Shown here: one piece after another, positions 27,301 to 39,300 of the stretch | Layout of the letters: every line of letters starts with the position of its first letter | Numbering within the stretch: position 1 is the stretch's first letter | Source of the DNA: Camelus dromedarius | Taxonomy: Eukaryota | NCBI RefSeq assembly: GCF_036321535.1 | Contig: NC_087451.1 | Location: forward strand, 46,252,001-46,316,000 | Reading direction: 5' to 3' | Length of the DNA: 64,000 nucleotides | Notes under the pieces: model-generated | What the model was told of the DNA's origin: nothing | The model's input: only the letters and a program-made list of their open reading frames with translations | Database searches by the model: none | Made by a program: the position numbers and the translations under genes

Positions 27301-30300
27301 TAGCATGAGAATGTTCTTAGCAGTTTTCCTTATGATAGATAAAAATCTGGAGAAAACTCAAATGTCCACCAGTGGAAGAATGGATAAGCAAATTGTTACA
27401 GTCATAAAACTGAATATCACTCAGCAAAAAACAAAAACCCAAAACTCTGACATGTGGAGGAATCTCAAAAATATTATACTGACTGAAAGAAGCCATTCCG
27501 TTTATATGAAGCCCAAGGACAGACAAAACTAGTATGTCAGAAATCAGGAAATGGGCAGGAGAGAACTTTCTATGATGATGAAAATGTTCTATGTTTTGAG
27601 TAGCAGTTGTATGAGTGTGTAGAACTGTCAAAACTCATCAAATGGAACACTAAATTTCTGTACATTCAAATCCTATGTATATTTTACCTCAGTAACAACA
27701 ATCAGAAATGCTTGTTTGGAGCTAGGAAGGAGAAATTAGGGTGAGAGAATGGATGATGGCTGAGGCTGAGAGCAGAGGTGACCAGAGCAGCAGGTGACTT
27801 CACTCAGAGAAAGACTAAAGAACCAGAGAGTAAAAGACAGCCCAGGTGGGACTGTGGGTAAAATCATTTCAGGATCGGACACAAAAAAGGTGCCTGGTGC
27901 TGAGGGGAAGCTGTGGGAGAGGTAAGAAGATGGCAGGGTCTCTCACACCAAAGAAGAGAGCTTGAAAGAGAAGGAAGGTGGTCAGTGAGAGGAAAGATCG
28001 GGAAGAACATAGCTGAGCAAGCTTGCCAACTGAGAGGTTGCCTGAGAGTCTATTTTCCTTTATGGTAAAATCTGTAAACACTATTTTCTGCACATTTCCT
28101 GGTTTAATTAATTAACATCAATTGAGCTCTCTTATTATGTCAGCAGTTTGCCAAGCTCTATAAATCACACAACAATCCTAGGAGGTGGATAATCTTATTT
28201 CCTCAAATTTTTAGATAAGAAAACTGCAGTTTAGAGACAAAGTAAATTTCATAAGGTCAGTCACATAAATATTAAGTGAGAGAACCAGGACAGATTGCTT
28301 CATTCCTTTAATCCTCAACAGAGTATTCACTGAGTGCCTACTGCATACTTGGTACGTGCTAGAAGCCAGGATACAACACTGAACAACTGCTCTGGATGCT
28401 GCTAGAAGAGTGTGCCTGTTGAGGATAGAAAAATAGCTGCCGGATTGGGCAAGAGGGGGGTCACCGATGACGTCACCACCAGCATCTCCCTGCGGGACAG
28501 GACCAGTGCGGAAGAGCAAAGCGCACACGGGAGGGAAGGAAGAGAAACGGTGTGTAGGCAGATTTCTAAAAAGAAACCTGGAGAAAGGATAAGGAGTGAA
28601 GAAAAGATTTTTCAAAAGATGGGAAATAGATTGGAGTTTTATGCTAATGAGAACAATTGCCAGAAAGGAAGAGGAGGGGGATGGCATCCACATCTTTCCA
28701 TTCACAGAGCAGAATGGTGATGTACACAGCCGTGGTCCCCAGGCCACCTGAGGTGGAGAGAAGCACAAATGCTGTGCCAGATAAGAGTCTTACAGGTGGC
28801 TATGAAGCTGACAGTCTCTGGCTCAAAAATCACCCCGATGGCAAAAGGACACGGTTCTGACAGTAAGAACCGAACCCTGATGCTCTGGCCCATCCCCATA
28901 CACTTTTCACACCATCCACTCAGGCTGACAGTGATACAAATTTAGAAATGAGACTCACGTCATCCAATAATTTGCTTCCTTCTGGATCCATCTTAGAAAG
29001 TTCTCGAAATGCTTCATCCCCCACAAAGCAAATTTCATGTCCATCCTACACCAATAAAGAGAAAAGAAATTTGGCAAAAGGACACCTCGGAAGCAATGCC
29101 TGGTGCAGCCCGTCCCCTCTTTGAGCAGTACTTACAGGGTCAGCCAGAATGACCACTTGCACTGTTGCTTTCCCAGGAGTGTCCAGACTCACCAGGGGAG
29201 TCAGAATCTTCTGGTTCTCCCTTTTCATCAAGGCTTCCAAGTCTGGCAACTTGAGGAGAACAAAAAGGCAAAGTGAGCAAGGGGTCATGCACGGCTCTCA
29301 GGCCGTGGTCCTCAGCAGCCCCAGAGGACTCCCAGATCAACCAGAAAGAACCCTGGCGCCACTTGTTTGACTTTATTATCTCAGCTGCTCTTGAGACAAA
29401 GGCTGTACTTGATACCAAAGCCACAATCAGCATGAACTGGAGAAGGGAGGGCCAGCGTTCTTAGCTGTTTGAACTAGCTAGTCATCACAGAGCTTAAACA
29501 AAAGACCTGGTACCACACATTACCTCTTTCTTGGGGCAAGAAAAGGCAATTCGTCCAAAAGCTGCCGCGTGATCTACTGCCCCCTTGATGCCCTGGAGCT
29601 CCAGCTTACACTGAAAAGACATAAGAACTGAGTTTATCAAAATAGGTTATACGTTTAAAAAAAAAAAAATTCAAACCATACTAGGAATAAAGTAAAAGAT
29701 ATATAGTAAAATTAAGTCTCCCTCCTACTCTCACCCCAGAGGCAACTGTCAGCAGTTTCCTGTGAATCCTTCTAGACACATGGCAGGTATCCTTTTTTTT
29801 TTTTTTTAAACACAAATGGTAGCATAATTTACACATTATTCTGTCCGTTGTTTTTCTCCAACTAACGTTACCATATCAGCACATAAAGACTCACTTCATC
29901 CTTTTGACAGTTGCTCAGTAATGCATTCTATGGATTAACTATAAATCATTGAACTAACTATTCCTTGAACCCACAGGACATTTAGGTTATTTTTTACATT
30001 TTGCTACAACAAACAATGCCACAACAGATGACCTTGTACCCAGTTCTCTGCGTACACGTATGATGAGTATGTCTGTAACAAAAATTCCTAGGAGACCTGC
30101 TGGGTCAATGTCAAAGGACTCAATCATGCTCAAATGCTAGGTTATTAGAAAAAAAAAGATGAAAACAGATCATCATTACAACATTAAATCTTGTCTACAT
30201 CTGACTCAGCAAATCCACTTCTGACAGAACATATCCCCAAATATAAACACAGGTAATATCTGGGTGGTGAGCTTATCGGCAATTTTTATTTTCTTCTTTC

Positions 30301-33300
30301 CATTTTAAATACTGAATCACCATGCAGAAAACTATGGGAGTAACCTTCATGTATAAACCAAACTCAAAGTAACAGATTATCTCTCTCCAAGATTGCTCAC
30401 CTGGTTATCAGCATAGCCCAGCAAAGCCCTTTGCTTCTGTTCGTCTTTTTCATAAATTTTCATCCCCAGTAAATTAGACCAATAGTTCAAGGACTTCTGA
30501 AGGTCAGACACTGCTAGAGTTACTTTTAATACAGGATCTGTAGTGTAATAAAACAGCAAGAATGGACTGGATAGTGCAACGGAATGGAACAGAAGGACCT
30601 AAGTAGGCTCAAGTATATATAAGAATTTAGTATATGATAAAAAAGAGATCTCGCTCTCTTTTCTTAATTTAAGTATAGTCAGTTACAATGTGTCAATTTC
30701 TGGTGTACAGCACAATGTCCCAATCATGCATATACATATGTATATTCGTTTTCAGTATTCGTAAGAAAGGGATCACTTAAGTCATTTTCAAACGGCACAT
30801 TATTCACCAAATGGCACTAAGATAACTGGCTTCTCATTTGGTGGGAAGAAGTCACACCATAAAGCTGAATGGCAAAATACATTCCTGACAGGTTAAAGGA
30901 TTAAGTTTAAAGAATGAAACCATGAAAACAGTAGAAACAGGTGATTATTTATTTATATAATTTGGGGCTGGAGAAAGTTTTTTTAAAAAAACTGACACTA
31001 AAGACAGAAAAACGATGAAGGAAAAGATTTGCTAGGTTAGTTACACAAAATGGAAAACTGGACAACAACCAAAAAAAGAGCTACAATCAAAATTAAAGAA
31101 TAAACAACAAAGTAGGAAATATTTTTTTGCAACATATATGACAAAAAAGTCGTTAATATTTAAATTACCTTTAAACATCGATAGGAAAAAGATCCACATC
31201 CTAGAAAAACAGGCAAAAGGCAAGAAGCAATAATCCACAGAAAAAGGAACTGTAATGGTCGATGAACATAGGAAAGCATATTCAACCTCACAAATAATCA
31301 AAGAAATCAGAATTCAAATAAAATATTTGATAATTGACTATTTATTTATTTATTTTTGGTGGGTGGAGGCAATTTAGTTTATTTACATATTTATCATTTT
31401 TAAAGGAGATACTGGAGATTGAACCGACCTTGCACATGCTAAGCATGCACCCTACCACTTGAGCTATACCTCCTCCTAGCAAATAATTTAAAAAGTTTAC
31501 AGTGTTAACTGTGCCACTGCAGTGGGGAAACCACCATCATATGATACTGGTAGAGTGTAAATTAGTACATTTCTGGGCAACAATTTGACAGAATGCATCA
31601 AAAGCTTAAAAAACTTCCACTGCTTTGGAAAGAGCAAGCTTATTTTCAGCAAGTAAAGAAGTAATTGTGGATGTATGAAGGTCTTTCATAACAGACATTC
31701 ATCACAGTGTTGCTCACAACAGTGAAACCCTAGAGACAACACAAATATCTAACAATAGACAACTGTTTCTCTTCCCACGATGTAATACAATGGAATCCTA
31801 TATCTATATTTAATTATATATTTCTCTTTTTGATAAAAGATTGGAAGATATACTCTAAAATCTTAACAGTGGTTCTGTTTTCTTCTTTCTTCTTTTTTTC
31901 TTTTTGATTATCTGTTTGTCTAGAGGGGAAAAAAATCTTTTTACTTTGTAAAAATAAAAAAGATACTAAAATACTTAGCATTACTGAAAACTTTTATACC
32001 AAAAAGTTACTTTCTGAAGAGCTGTTCCAAGTCTATATCTGACTATGATAAGTTCAATATATTTTTCTTCAGTTTTCACTGCCTTAGTCCCATTTGCTAG
32101 ACTAGTAGTTCCATGACTAAAGCAAGGTGTTTCTCACAGGTGCCTCTACCCAGCAGACTTAACTTTTAGTTTTCCCCATTCACTGAGAAATCAACAAATT
32201 CCAGCTGACCGAGACCCGGAAGGGGTGCAAGGACAGGAACAGGAGCCGTGGGTGAAACTACATAGGAGTGATTAATTCAAGGAAGGATGGACACCAGCTA
32301 GACTGATAGATTTGACTAGTTTACCAACCAGCAATTAATGCTCCAGAGGTATCATCATTTTAAAGAACAAAAGCATCTTAAGATTGTGGGGTCCTCCTTT
32401 ATTTTATGAACTGAAACATCATTAAAACCAGGAGGAAAGTGTACAGTGGAATTAGTGGCAGAACTTAAGTTTTAAAGTTAGTATATAAAGCACCAATCAC
32501 CTCTCAATAAAAATAATCACAGAAATCCCTTAATCATCAGTGAAGTACAGAAATACCATCTGAGTAAGTCCCATAGCAGGAGCCTACCCTCCCGTGCTGG
32601 AACGGATCACTCTTTCTTTTGCTGACCTCCCAGTGAAACGCAAGCAGAATTAAACACAACAATCAGACTTGCTATGAGGGGCATCTGGGACTTGAGGCAG
32701 ACCAGTGGAGGAAAGAGACTGTCTCCCATCCCAGGTCCACTTAGGGGTGTGTGTTCACGGAGAGAAATGGCAGGCAGAACTACCTGTGCTATTCACCAGT
32801 ATTTTTTCCCTTTTCTTGCCTTCATTTTTGTCTTGGCAGAGCAGGTAGCAGACTGGCAGGAATTAAATACATCATGACGAGGATGCCTCTGCCGTAAATG
32901 AAAAACGATGCGGTTTCCCTCCTGCTCGCTGGGGCAGTCAGCATGGGGGGCTCCTCACTCCACTCCACCCCCATGCACAGAGAACCAGCACAAGTTTGGG
33001 AAGCTGACCTCAGCTGAGCGATACAACTTAACTGGTCTAAGGACGATCTTATTTCTCTTTCTAGTGATTGGCTCAGGAGCAAGCACGTGAATGAAATCTG
33101 ACCAGGAAATATGCTGGAAGATTCTAGGAAAAGTTTGCTCTGCTTTTAAAAAAGAGCAACAGGAAGTCAGCCTCTCTCTCTCCCACCAGATGAGGATGCA
33201 GGAGCGGGCGGCCAGCCTACAACCATGAGCGTCTAAGAGAAGGGGACTCTCGCATTAAAAGAGAATGAAGAGGGAGAAGATCTGGGTTCTTGACGCCATT

Positions 33301-36300
33301 GCTGAGCTGCTGAATCTACTAACCCTGAAACCCTGCCTGCTTGGAGAATGCCTGCTCTGTGAACTAAAACATTTTCCTACCGTTCAAGCTAGTTTAGGTG
33401 GGCTTTCTGATACTCACAGCTGCAAGTATCCTAGATAGAAGAGAAGCAGTCTAGATCCCCTAGAGTGATGCACTAAAGTTCTAACCTGAAAATATAATTT
33501 CTTAGAGAGCAAAGAACAACACTGGCTTGGGAAAGACACGTCATGTCAATATAAAAGATTCCACAGGAGAAAGAACTCGCGCTACCTCTCTCCTTCCATC
33601 AGATGCCTTTTTAGACAGAGGGCTTTCATCATTCTGGGTATAATTACCTGACTGAGGTGGACTGCGGTTCTGCAAAAAGAACTTATATCCTCCTGGGGCT
33701 TCAGTTTCATAAACACCTTCTGCAACTTCATTAAGCGGCCACTTCAGCTTCCTGGCATTGCTGACAGCCTGGCTGGAAGCGAGTGTGATTCCCTGTGACA
33801 AACAACAGTATCACCCAAGTGTACAATCATAAAACAGATCTTTTGTAGAAGACAATGAAGCAAAACCCCGTTGTCCTTAGTCAAATCACCTAAGATTTAA
33901 CTGTCTTTCCAAATTTTCTTCTAGTGGTTTTGAAGTAGGTTTTGGACATTTCTCTTCCATAAAGATTCCAAACTTCATGAATCATAGGACAGAAATTCAA
34001 ATACCAGAGAAATTTGATCTCTTTAATACCAAAGATAATGTCTCCTAATTTTAAAGATCTAGTAAGAGAAATCTTGATCGTACCCTTGGCTTGCTAGCTA
34101 TCTATCTAGAAATGTTTTGTTTTTATTTTTGCTCTTCAAACAAAAAAAATATAAACCAATTATCAAGGCATTCTTTATTTCAACTTAATCAAAATATCTA
34201 AAAATGCCCACTATGCTTTCTGATGTGTCCAGCCTCGTCTCTACCTTAGATCATTATTACAGCCTCTCTGCCTCCAGTCTTGTCAATCCATCGTCCACTC
34301 CGAGGACAGAGTAAATTTTCTGAAAGACACCCTACAGTCTGTTCTCAAGACGGTGACCCCATGTTGTTTCTCCTCTGCTTAAAACCCTTGACAGCTCTTC
34401 GTTTCACTCAGGGATGGCTTCTGACAGCCTGAAAGGACGGAGACGATCTGATCCATATCATTTCTTTTCTTTTTTTTTTTTTTTTGCAGGGGAGAGGTCA
34501 TTAGGTTTATTTATTTAGTTTTTTGATGGAGGTACTGGGGATTGAATCCAGGATCTCGTGCATGCTAAGCACACACTCTACCACTTGAGCTATATCCTGG
34601 CCCCCATGTCATTTCTGATTCCACATCCTCCCACCCTCCCCTCGCTCTGTCCCAGCCATGCTGGCCTCCTCGCATTTTCTCAAACATGTCAGGCGCTGTT
34701 TGAGGGCTTCTGCACCAGCTAGTCTCTTCCTGGAATGCTCTTTCCCAAGAAAGGCACCCAGCTAACTCCCTTACCGCCTTTGAGCCTTTGCACAAATGTC
34801 ACCTCCTCAGGGAAACCTACTCTCAACATCCCACTTAAAATTAAAACTGGCCGTTGGCCCCCATGCTCCCAATCCCCCTTACTCTGCCCTCTTCTTCCCC
34901 CATTACAACGATCACCTTTGAAGTAAACATATTACATGATTTATTCATTCATTGTATTTATTACTTATTATCAGGCTCTGGGCCCCCTCCCCTGCCAGGC
35001 ATAGATTTTTGACTGTTTTGCTCACTGGTTACTGAAAGTTCATGGAACAGTGCCTGGCATACAGCAGGCACTCAACTTCATATATTTGTTAACATATACG
35101 TAAACGAAACCCCTCGATGTGAATCTGCAAGGTCAGAGGTACATGGATTAGTTATTCTGATACCACCGAACTGAAGCTGCACTGCTTGACACCTTCATTA
35201 GTAATGTAGGAGAGTGGCAGCCTCTCCCACCCTGCCTAAGTGCTGTCACACCTTTTGATTTTTGCCAATTTGATAGGTGACAAATGGCAGCTTGGGAGCT
35301 GAGTATCTTTTTTTCAATGTTTAAGAGACATTTCTAATTACTGTGGACCGTCTGTTCAGTTTTGGCTCTTTTTTAAAAAAATTAAGTTGTTGATCCTCTT
35401 CTTTTCATTATATGTGAGTTCTTTATTTATATGGGAGTGCTGTTTAACCTGTTTTTCTTTTTGTTCCATGAACTGAGGAGCATACAAGGTACCTTCCATC
35501 AGGGATGTTTTACTACCAAAGTGTCCTAGGAAGACCCACAGCAGAGCCACCAAGCTCTTCTCCACCTCCAGCACCTCTGGCACCTGCAGTCCCACCCGGC
35601 AACATCTGTCTTGAGCCAGTTAATAAATGTTGATGGCACCAAGATGGCTTTGCGCTTTTTCCTCTCCCTGATTTAAATTTGGAGAGCAAGGAAAAGATAA
35701 GGAGAAACACAAAGAGACCTTCACATAGACTCGATCACCAAACCTGTCAACTCTACCTCCTACACATTTCTCAAGTCCATCCACTTTCCCATCTCCCACT
35801 ACCTCCACATTAGTTAAGGAGCTGTTGGTCCCTGCAGCTCCTCCGAGCTACTTTCCTCACTGTCCAGTCTTGCTCCTTTCCAACCCAAACTCCACGCTCT
35901 AGCTGCGTGATTCCTGCACACCACAAACGCGGTGCCACTGCCCTGCTGAAAATGGCTTCACTCTGCTTTTCAAATAAAGTCTAAACTTCCTCAGATGATT
36001 TGGCCCCAGCTTCCTTCTCAGCCTCAGCGCTACCCACCCCTTTCCTCACATGCTAAGCTCCGGCCAGACTGCATGGCTCCCAGCTCTGAGTGCCACGCTC
36101 CCCCTCACCTCCAGGCCTATGGGCCTACTGAGAATGCCTGCCTCACTACCCACCCCAACCCCCTCACCTGGCTCAGACGCCACTCTGGGAAGCTTTCCCT
36201 GAACTCTCACCTATCTGAGAACAGGCTGGGAATTCCTGTGTGCTCCCACAACCTCCTGTTCTTATCCCAATTTTAGCACTGATCACACGGCATTCTTGCT

Positions 36301-39300
36301 GTCTCTTTACTTGTTTCCCCCCACCAGACAGTGAGCTCTTTAGGCCAGGGAACAAATGCTTCACCCTTTACTATATCCCCAGGACCCAACAAGGAACATG
36401 GCATAGAGTAAGTCACCTATCTGTTAAATGAATAAATTAGTGAGAGGCATGGAGAGAAAGAAAAAAAAAATAACACACGTTAAATCTGAGCAGTACTTTC
36501 CCTTTACAAAACGCTTTTATAGATATTTGATCCTCATAAAAACTTCCATCTAGGTACCACAATTTTAACATGAGTTAACAGGAATAGTGAGACCAAATGG
36601 CCAAAATGACATCTAGCACGAGGTAGATTTGCTCAGTGGATTCTGAGGAGAAACTTTGTTACTCCACTCTTGCTATATGTGTAGGCCCAGTGACATCTCT
36701 CACACACAGAAACTGCTCAGTAAGTGGCAGACACCATTACTATATAACAGGTGCACAAAAACTTGAATGCATGAATGAATGAACGAACGTGGTGCATGCA
36801 GTGCCTTCTTCTTTTCATCCTTAAAACCTCCTCAGATTTTTCTCTGAGGATTGGCTGCAATAGCCCACCCCAACCATAACAGTCCCCTAGAGAATATTTC
36901 TCTGGATGGTGATCAGGACCTGAACCAAGGACTCTGGCCCTTCTCAAGGTTCAGTCATTCCCCCAGGGGAGTCTTGTCTCTTCAAAGCTGCCTCTAAGTC
37001 TTGAGCATGATTCTTAAACACTGTGAGAACACACTTCATCCTCAGGCCAGCTCTAAGACAGGTTGCCCAAACAGGTTTTTTGAGTTTTGTTTTAAATAGA
37101 AAGTATCATTAACAAATCACTAAACGGCACCCAAAAAGCCATCGATTCAACAGCCATCAGATCTAAAGTCATCAGATCTGAAGCTGTATCCGTACTCTCT
37201 ATAAAAGATACAGCCAGAAGTCTGCTAGAACAAAATGGTACTTACCAGGAAGTCATTGCCAAGCCTGTAGTCTCCCACGCCATAATTGTAAGTCAGTTCT
37301 GCAACAAAGTGATCATCCTCAGGCCCAAATCCCACCATTGTTTTACTCCACTTCCCATCATAAGGCCTAGAAAAATGAAAAAATGAACCCAGTGGTCACA
37401 GAGGTGGGCAGTCTCTTCTGGTCCTCTAAGTCCCCACGAGGGTGAGATGGCCTCAGCTGGTGCTCAGAACAGCTGTGGACAGTGTTCAGGGGCCCTATTA
37501 CCAAAGGCTCTGAAGATCATCTGTCTGGCACCTACTTGAGGGAAAGTCGTTACTTTCTCTTTAAAGAAGAGGGCTGAATCCTATAGGGACAATTCTCCCC
37601 ACTGAACTTCACTTGTTTTTTTGCATATTCGTCAACAAGCATGCAGTTTCCACCAGGCCTTGGAATTTCCCAGCTTGCCATGGCTACTAAGCTGGAGAGA
37701 CTCCACAGGACATGGCTTCATCCAGGAAATATACTTATCTGTGCTTCTGAAGCTGCCTCCCTAATTCATTGCCTTATTTTATCTTATTTTTTAATTCTTT
37801 GAAGTTTTATTTTGATATAATTTAACTTTTCAGGAAAGTTGCAAGAATAGATTGAGAAATTCCAATGAATTTTTAAAAATTTTTTATTTATTTAATGTAT
37901 TTTGAGAGAGGGAGATAATTAGGTTTACTTATTTATTTATTTTTGGAGGAGGTACTGGGGATTGAACCCAGGACCTCGTGCATGCTAAAGCATGCGCTCT
38001 GCCACTTTAGCTATACCCTCCCCTACTCCGATGAATTTTTTTACCTAAACTCTTTGGTTGTTTACATTTATCCATTTGACCCCACTGTTGCCTCCTTAAT
38101 TTATTCTGCTGCCTTATACTGGCTTTAAGAAACTGCTTTCGGTTCTCCAGGGGTATTCAGAGCCTAAAGGAGATTTTAGGAAACAAAGTGTCATACCCGT
38201 TACAGGCAGCTTTGCAGCCTTCATCAAATTCCTCATGCCGCAGAATCTGGTAAGGGAATTAGAATAAATTGTAAAGTTCTCCTAGTACAGCACATGGCAT
38301 ATTTAGCATAAACTAAAATGTCAAAACGCACACATTATCATTGGTAAGCTTTACTTGTAAAACAAACAAAAAGGAAGGAGCTGTATATTTTCCCCAGGCT
38401 AAGTAAATTTATATAAATCCAATGTAACTGAAGTAGCAGCAGTAAGAAAGAACAGCTTGACACCAACGGTCAGGCAACCAAGCAAAGTCATGAAATCTAT
38501 TTAGACTGGGGAGTCAGGGAGCAGTACTGTGCAGTAACAAACAAACAAACAAAAAAAGTGTGGCTTTCACTTAGTAGTTGTGCAATTCTGAGAACAAAGC
38601 TTAGGATCTGAGTCTTCTAATATGTTATGAAAATAGATCATTTATTAAAGCATTTTACACAGAATCTAATACACAGTAGGCTCTCTATGCGTTAGTTTTA
38701 TTTTCCCTTTTGAGTCCCACAGCTACTGCTCTGGTACAAGCGTCCATTATTTCTCTCTTTTACTATTACAAGTCATCTTTACTGATCTCTGTCCTTAATA
38801 TCACCATGAAATTAAGTCTCTAGAGTACAGCTCTGATCACATTATTGCCCCATCCTAAAACGTAATAGAACTCCCTACTTACTGTGACATAAAATGCAAA
38901 TTCCTTAGCACATTATTCAAGATACTATCAGAAGCAGTCCCAACCTGTTTGTCTTGGTATCCCATCTCCTCAGTCTAAGTTAAAGGCACATAAAACTAGT
39001 GGTGCTTCCCAAACTTATCTTATCTTTGCACTGGCTATTCAGTTTTTCCACTATACTCCTCCCTCTAATCTTGGTCTGTGGAAATCCTATCTTGAGAGGT
39101 CAACTCAAATGTAAGGTCTCCATGAATTATTTCCTGAGGACCAAGGTTAGAATTAAACCTCTCTTCCTTCTGTATTTTTATAATAATAGTAGCTAACACT
39201 TATATAATACATATGATGTGTCAAATACTACACATATAACAACACATTTAATCGTCACAACCACCCTTTAATCAATGAGGAAACATTAAGGAAGAGCTCT

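Noticed and set aside
26948-27631. ORFs resembling a reverse-transcriptase protein C-terminus
   Set aside because: Decayed, frameshifted L1 ORF2 fragments
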